Positions 49,895 through 63,075 of a stretch of 64,000 nt of DNA are shown here, one piece after another. The translations under genes were made by a program, and so were the position numbers. The notes beneath the pieces are model-generated. The model was not told the DNA's origin and made no database searches. It was given only the letters and a program-made list of their open reading frames with translations. Within the stretch, counting starts at the first letter, position 1, and every line of letters begins with the position of its first letter. Source of the stretch: Oikopleura dioica (taxonomy: Eukaryota; Animalia; Chordata); NCBI GenBank assembly GCA_907165135.1, contig OU015567.1, positions 1,488,001-1,552,000 on the forward strand, written 5' to 3'.

Positions 49895-51110
49895 ATGTCG
49901 CGAGGAGGTTTCAGAGGAAAATCACAATTTGACCGAATGATCGACGATTATGGTTTTGGAGGAAAAGTTGTCAAGGTAAAATTATCGAAGAAAAAGTCTT
50001 GGGGCGAGCTAAAGATAAAAAATTAAATAAATTTATATAAAATCGCGTAAATAGCGGCTAGAATACTTGTCCCTCAGAGCCGCAAGCGGCTTATCGTCTT
50101 CCCAATTCAACCTCAAGCTGACCTTATCATAACTAGAAGACAATTTATCACTTATCATAAACTCACAAAATTACGACGCTAAACTCATTTAAACTCAGCC
50201 TTTTCTGCTTTCAGGATATGAGTTTATATCCACGCCTCGAAGTAGCTCCATTTCCGTTTCCAAAAATCGACGAGTACGTCGACTACCGCGAGAAAACATG
50301 CTGCGAGATATCCGCCCTGATGACGGACAGATTTCGCGATTCGCCAAATTTCCATGCCCGGGAGTCGCTGGAAACACCAGATGTTGAACGATACAATGAA
50401 AATATTCAGCTCAAGTCAGGAAAAGGGAAGATTTATTGATAAAAGATGAACTGATTTATTGCGGCTTGGGATTCGAATTTTTAAATTTTAAATAAGGAAT
50501 TGAGGGTACAAGGGAGTAGAACACAGTTTTGGCTGTAGAATTGAAACAACAACTCAGATCTATTTTTAAATAAAACTAGGCTCCACAGCTTGAGTAGAAC
50601 ATACTCCTGTCCTCATTTTTAAAAACTGTTATGAAAGTGAATCGTCCTTCAAAAGTCTTCAAGCCTGATTACGACCGAATCCCGCTGGAGCTTCATCCCG
50701 ACTACAAAAAGATCCGAGCTGCGGAACGAAAGAGAAAGGCCCTGGAAGAACGAAAGGCGGCAAAACGACTGATGTTGGAGAACATCACGACTGAAGGAAA
50801 CGCTGGAGAACTGACAGAGAAAGAGAAAGAAGAGCTACTGGGATTTGGAAACGCGCAGGTGGAAGATGTGGATGTGAAAATGGGCGAAGCGCACTACACG
50901 GATGATTCGGAAGACGGACATGTTTCGGATGATAACTTAGAGGATGATCAGGGAGATTATGGAGGTAAGAGAAAGAGGGACGAACTGGGCTGGGCAACCT
51001 GTGTAGAAACCTTGAGTCGGATACCACGGGGAGCAATGGTTAGTAATAGTAACTGATTCTTATTTTCAGATTCGCATTTTGACAATGGAGAAGAAGATAC
51101 GGACATCTAA
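49895..51110 (+). CDS. POLR3G: RNA polymerase III subunit RPC7/C31
   Basis: MSRGGFRG, LYPRLEVAPFP, DVERY, KPDYDRIPLEL, an acidic tail and a C-terminal SHFDNGEEDTDI*. Confidence 0.78.
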
Positions 51111-51384
51111 CCGGTTCAATCGAAAGAAGTTCGAAGTTTGGCCTATCTTTTATTTGCTCAATAGACACTCTTTTCACCTGCTTGCCCCTTTTTCTGTTAA
51201 ACCACCTTTCATGACCACTTTTCCAGATAAGCGCTTATCAGTTTGCGCCAGATCCAAGACTCCTTGTTTTCAACCTCCACTTTCAGATCGAAATAATCGA
51301 CAAAACATCAATGTCACCCAGAATAACTTGAAAGCGGCTTGCTTTTTCGCTTTTTTCTTTACTGACATCGTTCAAGAAGGACTC

Positions 51385-52767
51385 ATGAAAGTCAAGCCAG
51401 AGAACAAGCAAGAGAATCCGCCAAGAAAGAATGGATTTCACTGTCCTTTAGGAAACGGCTTAATGGGAAGTTCAAATAACATTGGCTTAATATATCCTCA
51501 ACGCTTGAATCTCTAAAGATACTCAAAATCTAGCCGCCAAAAAGATCCAAAACAAGTCTCATTATGGATCGTTTTCTTTATCTTCGTCACTTACACCTTT
51601 ATTCTTGTCATTCCTGTATTTAATCTCTGGTACATTCCCTTCTCCTTCGAGGCTCTTGCTGTAATATGGTAAGAAAACCTTCCGCTATGGATATTTTTAC
51701 TGATTCTTAGCTTTGTATTCTTCACCCTGCGCACAACATGGATCGACCCAGCCGATTTCAGCGTCCGTTACCAGTCGGGCGACCGGCCACAGTTCAAAAA
51801 GACGAAAGACAATCCCCATGTCATCAGGAATCTGTATTGCCAAATTTGTAAAATTAATGTAGACAAGTAAGTCCCCATCTTTTCTACCATAGCCTACCCC
51901 TTCATTTTAGTCGCACAAAACACTGTAGAAACTGTAATAAATGTATATCTGTCTTTGATCATCATTGCGATTGGCTGAATACCTGCGTTGGGGTTAGAAA
52001 TTATCGGTAAGTACTCGACCTTTTAGGCCATTTTTAACATCTCCTTTTTAGATATTTCATTGCCACACTGATATCAGCTCAAGTGATGCTCTTTCTCACC
52101 TTTCTATTAAATTTATTGGCGGTGGTCGGGCTTTCCGTTGAATCGAGACCGATGCTGGTAGACTCTCATCCGATTTTAACCGGCACAGAGCTTGGTGTCC
52201 TCATCACTTCTTCAATTATCTGCGTATTGATACTCGTCATGCTCTTTTTTGTCGGCCAGCTGTTTGTGTAAGCATTCATCTTCGTTTTCCTAGGATAATT
52301 GTTTTTAGATTCCATTTGAAACTAATCAAAAACGACCAGACAACGTATGACTACATAATCGCAAAAAGAAAGCTCAAAGAACAGCGAGAAAAAGAAGCGA
52401 AAGAAAACGCAGCTCAAAAAGCCCAGGACAATCAAGCATTCGAGGTCTGTTCCGAGCCAGGAGGCCTTCCTGATGAAGATGAGATCATGGACTCCTTTGA
52501 GGAGAAGAAGAAGCGTGTTAAATCTGCAACGGAACGGGCTAATTCTCATTCTTTTGACCCACTTCAGGTTATTTTTTCGTAGTCATCGATGTCAAATATG
52601 TAGAAAAGTTGTTGGATAGCCAAAACTTTTGGTAAAGCATGAAATTTGAGTTCTTTTTTTCTTTAGTTTTCTCGTTTTGTTTTGTTTGAATTTTTAATGA
52701 GCCTTTTGCACAGACAGTAGCAACAATCAGCGACGTTCGTATGGACCACCCCGCTTCCGAAACGTAG
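51385..52767 (+). CDS. DHHC palmitoyltransferase (ZDHHC1/11-like)
   Basis: [14 protein letters not shown]-terminal motif; YCQICK; [31 protein letters not shown]; TTYDYI. Confidence 0.88.
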
Positions 52768-53229
52768 GATCCCGCCTTCAAACTTCAATCCTTCAAAAAT
52801 CAAATCACCAAGCCTTCAAATTAAATTCACTGCTGAAACTCTTCACTCTACTGTTCTATTTTACCAGTTATTTATCTAAAAAATATCCCTACTTTTTACA
52901 CACTACTCTGTAAACGTTTCGACCGTTTTTGTACATAAAAAAGTCGTATTTATTATTTTCTTAAAATAACCTGAGAATAAATGACAATTTATGAAAAAAG
53001 ACCATCTTTCTTAATTTGATGGGGAAAAATACGGTCCTTTTTATCCTTGTTTACGAGGATCAGGAAAGAACCCGGCCCTGGGCGTGTGTGTTTATTTGTG
53101 CAAGTCAAAGTTTCATTTGCATCCTTGAGCATTATCAACAAAAAATACCGGCACCAGTAAACATGGCAATAATTAACTAACGCAGGGGCTCTTGAAAATC
53201 CAACGTTGCAGGCCTCATTTCGAGATACC

Positions 53230-56200
53230 ATGAGACAAGGGTAAGAACTAGACAAGAGTATAGAGCCGAAAGGCTATCATTTTCTTCTTTTAGTTGGTCT
53301 CTGTTAGCCCTAGCGGGTCTAGCAGTCGCCTCGCGATCATGGGGATCATACCCCACATACCGAAACGCCGCTGCCTACAGCACTGGCTACTCCCAGGCCG
53401 TCAGGATCACCGATGCCGGCTCTTTTGTCCGCGAGGTCACCATGACTGACGCCGAGATCTTCTGTACTTGCGCCGGCGCTCCCCCACCACCAGTAGTTGA
53501 GAAGCCCGTCTTCTACCTCTACGTCATCGCTCCTTCCACCGACAACAGCGACCGAGTCTCCGATTGGACCATTCAGTTCATGAAGGACTTCGCCGCCAAC
53601 AACCAGCGAGCCCAGTACGACATCAAAGTCCTCCTCGTCCACAAGAACGATCGAGGTGACAACGATGTCCGATACACCTGCACCGCCTCGTACGACTACC
53701 AGGTCACCGAGATCTCCATGAACATTGCCGCTCAAGGCAGTTACGCCTGGGAAGATGATGTCAAAGAAAAAATCTCGAAATTCGGCGGAAACGATTGCCA
53801 CATCATCGCTCAGAAGGTCATGATCGACCATTTCAACAGCCAACAAGAGGAGTCGAAATTTGCCCTCGTCTACACCACCATGGAGAAGCTAACTGACAAC
53901 TACGACAGATACTACCTTCAGTCTAATGCTCGCAAGGGCATGAAATTCTTGGCTTCTCAGGGTCAACGAGATGCGTTCTACAATGCTGTCAACACCTTCA
54001 ACCTTGCTGACTCCGCTTTTGTTGTTGCTGGCAACAATCCAATCAAGGATAAATATCTCGCGGATCGACTTGATGAGGACTCTCAGCTTTTCCGAGGATT
54101 CCTTGCTAAATGGGCCAACGCTCCAACTCTCAATGTCAACCACAACTGCGACTACAGAGGTGTCACCAGCAACGCTGAATGGAACCCACAGCGATTCCTT
54201 AACGTCGCTAACCGTCAACGATGCCCACTTGTCGATAATCCAAGCATCCAGTCACCCGACGCAGCCAGATATGACAACTACATGACGGTCACTACCTCTT
54301 CCATTGTTTCTGGATTCCTCACAACTATCGACGCCATCAATGGCCGAGCTCAGAGCAACCCACAGCCTGTTCCTTACACCAACTCATGGGACTTCGGCTC
54401 CAGTGGCAAAATTCAGACTCTCGAAGATGGCGTCAACTGTCAGTATGACTTGATCATTGCCATCGATCTCGATTGTGTCAACGAGCAGGAGACCCCAGCC
54501 ATGCAGAGCTTCGCTACCGAGTTAATCGACCAAATCTTCTCCCATCGAGAATACGTCGAAAAAGGCTTCATCCGAGTCGGAATCATTGGTTTCCACAATT
54601 CTCTCCACATTGGAATGCCGCTCTTTGAAATGTCTTTCGTTAAGTTCCAACAGAATAATGAAGGCTACAAAAAGGCTACTCTTGCGATCAAGACTCTCAT
54701 TTCAATTGCCCGAAACAAGGCAAATCAGGAATCCGCTAGCTTCACCCAAATGTTCTCCCTCATCCCAACCCTCTTCGACGCCCGAAACCACAAGAGCCGA
54801 CAGCTCATCATTGTCACCAACGCCGGTCCAGGCCTTCGATACCCAGGCTGGAGCCAGTACGCTCTTGCCGATCTTGAGAGAATGCGAAACGAGCTCTACC
54901 GCGGTATTCAAGTCACTGCTATTGCTGTCAATGCTGAACCTTGCCGAGGCGGCTACGGCACCTGGAACGAAGATTGCTTTTTCACCGAAGCTCTTATGAA
55001 GATCGATAGCTCTTTCAACATTCGAAGAAGCCTGATGGGCGCCCAAAAGTCGCAGTGGGGCACTTTCTACAGCCGAATGATCACCAGCATGCACAGCGAA
55101 ATCGGAACCATCATCGCCGAGATGAAATGCGAACCTGCCAAGCCTGACCCTATTCCATGCGCTTGCGCCGCCCGAGCTGAACTTTGCGCCGACATCGACA
55201 AATCTGAACCCGGACCTGATGGACCTCAAGGCCCTCGAGGAGCACAAGGACCACCTGGGCCAGCTGGTCTCAGTGGACGACCTGGACCCCCCGGAAAGCC
55301 CGCTGGACCCGGACGACCTGGACGACCCGGCCCACATGGTCCACGTGGACCCCCCGGTGCTCGAGGAAAGCCCGCTGAAGCTGGAAGCCCTGGTAAGCCT
55401 GGTGTTCCCGGCAGTCCTGGTCTCCCTGGACGCGCTGGTGAGCCTGGCGCTGACGGACCTCGTGGATCTCCAGGAAGCCCCGGCCTTCCTGGCAAGCCTG
55501 GTGATGCTGGACCCCGCGGACCCCCTGGAAACGCTGGCCCTCGAGGACCTCAAGGACCATGTGGACCTGCTGGTGAGCCTGGCTCCCCTGGTGCGCCTGG
55601 TGCTGACATGACTATTGCTGAACTTGAACAGATGGAGAGACAAATCGAGGCCGACATTGAGCAACGAGCTGATCGCTTCTTTGCCAATCCTGAAAATGTT
55701 AAGAAAGTCAGCGCTATCGCCCGCACTACAACTATTGAACAAGGCTGGTGCAGCTGCAACAGTGACAATTGCTCCTGTGGAACAACAACTACTACCACAA
55801 CCACTACGACAACAACCACCACACGTGGACCAAAGACAGAGGTATGCGTTGACTGCACCAACCGACACGTCATCGTCTATGTCGACAACTCTGAGTCGAT
55901 GACTGATGATGAAGAAAAGGTCGAAACTGTCAATAACATCATTGGAACATGGACTCAATCTTCATTGGAAGAATTCGATTCCAAGACTGGCGATAGCTAT
56001 CAGAGCCCAGAAGTACTTGTCACCAAGTTCAGTGGTCGTCTTCAAGTGAATGCCCGCGTACATGTCGCCGGAAATCATCAAGCTTCATTCAATTCTCATA
56101 ACATGATGACTCCAAAATGGAGATGGGGACTTGACAGGCCTGAATCTCTTCCCATCAGCCGTGTTCGAGATCATACCATCCAATTCTACAAGAATGGTGA

Positions 56201-57167
56201 TAGCATTCCAAATGATCTCCAATGGGATTGGAATAGAAAAGAGTACCAATGGCAGAGTCGCAAAGCTGAGACTGGAGTCGGAACTTCTTACTTCTACCAT
56301 GGTCTTTATGATCTTCACAATTTCCTTGCTGATCCCGCTACAAACTGGAATGGAGACCTCAAGGCAACAATCGTGGTCATTACCGACGGAGAAAAATTCG
56401 ATGATACTCCAAAGGTCTGGGCTGATCAAGATGATGCCGACTGGGAAGAGCTCATGGGTCAAACCGATCGAAGACTTCGACGACAGCGACGAGTTGTTCC
56501 ACCAATGCAGGTTAATGAGGTCTGCACCCTCTTCAGCAAGCTGAACAGATATGTCAACAAAATGATCTTCATCCACGCTTTCGACGAAGACGTTAATCTT
56601 CACAATGGTGAAGCAAAATCGCACTTCGTCATGAAACGATTGTTCGACAAGCACTTGGCAACCTGCAGCGTAGGATCCAACAATATCCAATTCGAAATCA
56701 ACTTCCCGCAAGTCAAAGGAGAAAGTATTAACCAGCTCCAGAAGCATGTCCAGGGACTGGCTGACTGCAACTTTGGAATCGACTCTCTCGTTTGCTGCAC
56801 CAAACTCGATGTCACTTTCGGCAATCAAGTAATTACTCTTTACCGACAGCAGGGTGGTCAATGCCGAACCAATGTCAAATACAGCAGCCGAAGCGGAGAG
56901 TACACCCTTCGATGGTATGGAAATGATCCATATTCCGAGGGCTGGGTTGTCGAAAAATGGATGCCTGGACGAAACTGGGAACCTATTGATTCCTGGCGTC
57001 TTGCTGGCAATCATGGTAACAGTGTCTCGATCAGAGATCAGCAATCCTGCTGCCCGATCAACAACGATGAGGGCAAGGCGTTCTTCGCACGCGGTGTCAC
57101 AGCTGAATGCAACGCTCAACGAAGTGTCGACGAAACTTATTGCCTCAGTCAGTTCGTTGAAAACTAA
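53230..57167 (+). CDS. Secreted vWA-like / collagen / poly-Thr / vWA matrix protein
   Basis: ATG at 53230 and one short intron (53241-53293) give the signal [17 protein letters not shown]. 44 Gly-X-Y triplets at 55212-55607. vWA motifs YDLIIAID and [10 protein letters not shown]. Confidence 0.85.
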
Positions 57168-57332
57168 ACGCTTCCATGAAAATTACACAAAAAATATTCC
57201 CTTGCCAAATTCTTCTGATATATCTTTATCAAATAAACAATTCGGTCTCCAAATTCTCCCGCATTTTCTTTTCGTAATCTTTTTGAAGACAAAGACTTTA
57301 TTTTAGTTTGATTTGTTTATTCACTCAGATAT

Positions 57333-58677
57333 TTAAAGCTCATCGTGCTTCTTTGATGCGTGAGGCTTTCTATACACGCCATGATTTCCAGTGACATAGA
57401 TATATCCATCTGAAGTCAAAATTATTTTTTGCACTAACTGATAAAGAAAACCTGGGCCAAGAAGAACGTTGGAAGTAGCAATTGTCTGGAATTTTTCAGC
57501 GCCGAGAAAAACGCCATTTTTGCTAAAAAAATATCATTTTTGATAGACCATTCATTTCTTACTCGTAGACATAGAGACCTCCAGCACTTGTTACCCAGAC
57601 ATTTCCGGCTTCATCAATAGTAAGTCCATCTTTTTTGGGAATAGAAAATATCATTTCTAAATTCTCCTCTATGATTTCTGTTCTCTCCCTGGATAGCCAG
57701 CTCCACCCATTACATCTTTTCCGTCGATGAAAACGGTCTTCTCCCCTGCAACTGATCCATCCTCATTCAATGGCCATTTCCACCACTGCCAGACAGTTTC
57801 GTTACAATAAGCAACGATCAACTCATTGTCTGGTGTGACACCGATACCATTTGGTTGCTGCATTTCATTGTTGATCAATGTTGTTTCTTGTGTTTTTGGG
57901 TTGTATCTAGTTAAAAAAATTTTTGACTTCATCCTGTTTTTTTCTACCTGTAGACTCCAGAAAAGCCAGGTGTATCAAGTTCTGGCGCTCCTCCCATATT
58001 TCCTCGGATCAAGTTGTGATTGATGGTCTGTTTCCCGAAGACGGGATCAGTGAAGTAAATGTCTCCAGTTTTCGTATTGACAGCAACATCGTTCGGCGAA
58101 TTCAAGGGGCCGTAGGGAGTTTCAGTGACAAGTTTACGAACAGTTCCGTCGGGAGAAAGAGAGGCCAGAGCTCGAGAACCGTGTTGACAAATGATCAAAT
58201 CGCCGGTAAGCGGATTCGCTGCAAGACCGTTGCTTCCTGGTTCCATCCAAAGATGAGTGTCGATAACGGGGTCGATTCTAGCACAGCTTTTGCATCAAGG
58301 AGAAAATCAACATTCGCTTACCCGTAGCCGGCTTTCTCCAACACAACATCGGTCAACTTCGTTTTCGGATCCCAAGAGTAGATCTTCTCCAATCTGGTGT
58401 CGGAAAAGACCAGTTTGTCCTGCCACCAAGTCGGTCCTTCGCTCCAGACCATCACATTCAGGATCATTTCCCAATCCCCTTTCCCGACCAAAGACTCGTA
58501 TCGTTTATCAGCAATCACCTGTTTTGTTGGAGGACTTTCATGGGTTAAAATTTAACCGTTAAAAATTTTTTGCTTTCGAATCCGTTAATGAGTTTCTAAC
58601 ACAATCCTTGGCATGCCACCTGGAGTCATGTTTATCTCTGCAGAAGCGCATATTCCAAGAAGACTAAGAATCCTCAT
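57333..58677 (-). CDS. SMP-30/gluconolactonase-family beta-propeller with signal peptide and C-terminal HDEL
   Basis: WSEGPTW, LVFSD, GSNGL, NSPNDV, IYFTDP, QPNGI, DGLTIDEAGNVWV. The last exon ends ...KKHDEL*. Confidence 0.85.
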
Positions 58678-58997
58678 TTTATCAGATGAAAAAACGGGAT
58701 TAATTGTAGTCTCTATCTGTTGCCGTAAAAACGAGAAAAGCTAACCCGGGGCGGGGTTATGCAAACAGACAAAATGCATGTAGAGCTCGAAATCTTCGAA
58801 CTCTCAAATAAACATCAACTCTGAAAGCCAATATTCTGGCTTTAGTGACTGAAGTTCATTCAATTTAAATTCTGCTACTGAAATATCTTTTTCATTATAA
58901 GAACCATAATCATGCGAATTTAAAATCGTTTTTATATTTAAAAATAGTCAATTGCTTGAAATTCCATGAGGACGCTTTATTGACGTTTCTGTATTAG

Positions 58998-60515
58998 TAG
59001 GGAAACTCGATGAAAAACGAGCTTTTTTTTGGGCTTAGTAGGGAGGGAGTATGATACAGTTTTAGAAAGCCCAGGAGCTGGGGATCATTTTGACTATTGA
59101 TAGTAAGGGGTTTAACATATGCCCTGGGGCATTTTTGGCCTTCCGAAGGGCCAAATATCTGGTACTCTCAGGATAGGGGACCGTAACTTCTAGTACCCCG
59201 GGTCTATTGAAATAAGACTCATACTGGGTTGTAGAGTAGGCTCTGACAATTCAGAATATATGTCAAAAACCATCGTTATGCCCACTCTGGAGGGCGCTAG
59301 AGGCTCTAGAACTTAACCGCGTGGGACGAATCCGCGCGTATGAGCGCGGGACGAATTGTACATTCCATTGTAGTTTAAGCGAAAACTTGAATAACTCGCG
59401 ACTCGCTCATCCGATTCCCGCCAAATTTCCAGACAATACTAAATCGAATACAGGCTTTCATAATTTCAACTTAAATTTTCGTTTTCCTGTCTGCAAACCT
59501 CATTCTCATATTACTTGTAGCTCTTGTTTTGACCGTTTGAGTTGATTTCGCATTGAATTTTTGTAAATATTATTCAAAATTCGAAATCTCCAGTATCGAA
59601 AACCTATATTTTCATTTTGAAAAAAATAAAAAATCCCAATTGAGACCTGAATTACGAGTGAGAAAAGGAGCACAGCGCGAAGTAGGTCAGAGTTAATCCG
59701 CTGCAGAGCGCTGGTGGTGCGCGATAATTCGGTGAAATTTTAAAGAGCGAGAGATTAAGGATGTGCAAAGGCGCATTTCAATTTTCAGATCTATACGATC
59801 AGTAGTTTTTGAACTAGGGCTCTTCAAAGTCTTAAACTACATTGGAATGTACAATTCGTCCCACGCGGTTAAGGAAGTTGGCCGAAAATTGGCACTCTTG
59901 GCCCAAAAAAGTACGAAACTGTTATTTTATTCGACTGAAATACGTTTAAGGACGTTTTAAATCGATAATAATATGTTGGAAAAGTATTTTGGGGTCATTA
60001 AACGTCACTTGGTGTCATATTTTACAAAAAAAAGAAATTTTCGTAGTAAGTCACCCCGGAATATCTCATATGACCCATAAAATACTTTTCTTACATATTT
60101 TTATCGATAAAAAACGTCCTTAAACGTATTCCAGTCGAATAAAATAACAGTTTCGTACTTTTTTGGACCAAGAGTGCCGATTTTCGGCCAACTTCCATAA
60201 GTTCTAGAGCCTCTAGCGCCCTCCAGAGTGGGCCTAACGATGGTTTTTGACACATATTCTGAATCGTCAGAGCCTACTCTACAACCCAGTATGGGTTTTA
60301 TTACCACAGACCCGGGATACTCGAAGTTACGGTCCCCTATCCTGAGAGTACCAGATATTTAGCCCTTCGGAAGGCCAAAAATGCCTCAGGGCATATGTTA
60401 AACCCCTTACTATCAATAGTCAAAATGATCCCCAGCTCCTGGGCTTTCTAAAACTGTATTATACTTCCTCCCTACTAAGCCCAAAAAGAAGCTCATTTTT
60501 CATCGAGTTTCCCTA
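58998..60515. mobile_element. Non-autonomous hAT-type element with very long TIRs
   Basis: TAGGG...CCCTA termini. 8-bp TSD tgtattag at 58990-58997 and 60516-60523. Inverted arms at about 58998-59378 and 59831-60515. Confidence 0.9.
59873..60197. mobile_element. MITE nested in the right TIR of the hAT element
   Basis: TIRs of about 95 bp (ggaagttggccgaaaa...). It interrupts cgcggtTAAgttctag, duplicating TAA (or TA). Confidence 0.8.
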
Positions 60516-61234
60516 TGTATTAGGCAAGAAGTGTGACAGAATAAGACTTTATTCTTATTGAAGCTACCAGGAAGTCGGAATCCCTTGCGAAGGTCAGATG
60601 CCCGTCACAGGGTTTACTTCAAATAAGTTGATGATGCTAAATTTCAATCAAAAGTCGATGCGATTATCAGGAAGAGTCCATATTTTCATTGAAATCTTAG
60701 CCAATCATAAGTCTGTATTCGGCCTACCGACCAATCAAAAGTCGAATTCGCGCCCATTCAAATGTCGTCGCAGTTTTCCACTTTTTATGGCGTCATCCAT
60801 TTTCTAGACTCTAGAACGTCTTGACCTGAGAGTCATTCTAGAAAATTATGTTTATCAACATTTCTGAGCTTTCACGATGCAAATCTGACATCGAAGAATT
60901 GTACCTAATTTTACTCGACTATCTCATCGACGGAGCAATTTCCAAGTTGGCGGAGCCGCCTCGGGCAAATTCGGGATCTGGCGCAAAGTCGCCCAATCGC
61001 CGCGCTTCTTTATTTGCCTTTCACCGCCACGTCACCACTATCAATTTTTTAACAAAAAATCGACTTCTTTCAACCTTTTTTGACTTCCCAAAGAGATTTC
61101 CAAGTCTCAGAAGACCCTCCCTTATTCTTCGAAGAGAAAATCTTTTTAGAAAAATTGTGATTTCAAATTTTTTTTTCCCTTTTTGCCTACTTAGTTCTAG
61201 AATCCGCGGTTTTTAAAGGTCATATCAGTTAAGA

Positions 61235-62566
61235 ATGGTAGATCAGCACCTCCTGATCCAGAATTTGGAGGAAAAAGCAGAAGAGCTTGTCCGGAAGACG
61301 CGAAAATATCTTCCTCACATTGGCCGATTTTGCCTGATTAGTACTTTCGTCGAAGATGGATTCAGAATGGTCAATCAGTGGGGCGAGCAAAGAGATTATA
61401 TTGGTAAAACAACGAAATATTCCTCCCTCTCTAAAATGTCTTTCAGAATCGGTTTGGAACTGCGGCTGGTTCTTGGCGGTCATGTTCGTTTTTCTCAACC
61501 TCGTCGTTCAAATCTCCGCCTCGTTCTGCGTCATGACCCGAATCAGAGTAAAAGAAGCCTGCTACGCGTTATTCTTCATTATATTTATGCAAACTATTGG
61601 GTACTCGATCCTTTGGGATCCAAAATTCTTGGCTAGGTAAGATCTCTATTTGACCTTTTTGCGCAAAAATGCGGGAGAAGGTTAATCTTTTCTTATTCAA
61701 ATTTTTTGTAGAAATCTTGCTCTTGTTGGTGCTGTCTTGTTACTGTATTCTGAATGCTTGACCGAACAGAGGACGCTTTTTGCAGGAGTTCCTTCTTTTG
61801 GAGAAGATTCAAAGCCAAAGGTACAGAAGAGTTGATTTCTAATTAAAAATAAATGAATAAGAGGCTTTTACTGTTTCTATCATAGTAGAAATCATTTTAT
61901 GAAATGATTCTTTTTCAACCTCGAAACCAATTATATAATGGTGAGCAAGGAGGCCAGATTTTTATCTATAATAGATTCTATTCCTTTGAAATTGAAGGTC
62001 GATAAAGATCGTTTTTTACATGTCACGAAATCTTGCCTGCCTTACTTGCCTGAAGATTTTATCGATTTTTATCGCTCCAGTTACAGTCTATCCTCCCGAA
62101 TATATTTCATGTAATTTATCGTTCTCTCTAGCAATATATTCAACTCTCTGGCCGACTTCTGATGGTCTTGATGTTCATGACTCTCATCAAATTCAACTGG
62201 GACACGCAAAACGTAAGCCTTCCCCCTCCCGTCTCTCGCCTACCCTTTTTCTCAGGTTATCGCCATCATTTTCGGTCTTCCACTGGTGCTCATGGTCGCT
62301 GCTGGCTACAAAACGAAACTCGTCTCTGTTGCTCTTATCTTCTTGCTCTTCGTCCACAACATGAGATATAACAACTTCTGGAGACACAGGTACGTTTATA
62401 GACGAAAAAAGCTGTTTTCAAGCCATATTTTAGCGTGAAAACGTACATTTTCGACTTCAAAAAGTTCGATTTCTTCCAAGGACTCTCCGTTATTGGCGGA
62501 ATTATTCAATTGATCGTCTACGGCCCTGGAGGACTCTCAGTCGATGATAGACTAAAGGCCGAATAA
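61235..62566 (+). CDS. SURF4: Surfeit locus protein 4 (ER cargo receptor)
   Basis: RKYLPHIGRFCLISTFVEDGFRM...QWGEQRDYI; RNLALVG; FDFFQGLSVIGG; GPGGLSVD. Confidence 0.95.
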
Positions 62567-63075
62567 ACGAAAACAGATCAACGCTCTTTGAGTAAACCTA
62601 CAAATCTGCCCAATTCCCCCCTTTTTCGCAAGATCCCAGAGAAGCCAAGCTACTGTAGAAATTACCTAATTCTCGACGGTTCAAATTCAATTTCACAAAT
62701 ATCGATCTCGCTTATTTACAAGCACTTTTAGCCGAATTCTGTTACATCCCTTTCAAAGTAGTTAAAATATTCTTTAGTCAACTCAAAGTCTACACTTTTC
62801 TGTTGCAAAAGTTTCTCAAACTGTTCCCAATTTCCACATTCTGTTTGAATTTCTGAATGTTTTCAGACGTTTCTTATCACTTTTAGACCAACTTATCAAA
62901 AAAAAACAATTTGTGCAATTTCAAAAACTCCGTTCATTATTGTAAAAATAATACATTTCGAATATATATTTCAATCATTTCGACGATTCTTTTTGCAGGC
63001 TGAGAATTTCGATAGCCTTATTTGCATGATTTGTTGGAAAAGGTCAATAAGCATCTTTTTCTTTGAAGAAATGAT

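Noticed and set aside
53346-57119. Long antisense ORFs (418 aa, 344 aa and others) and similar shadows over the histone and thiolase genes
   Set aside because: Expected mirror of strong codon bias and Gly-X-Y or Thr repeats on the sense strand. No independent motifs.
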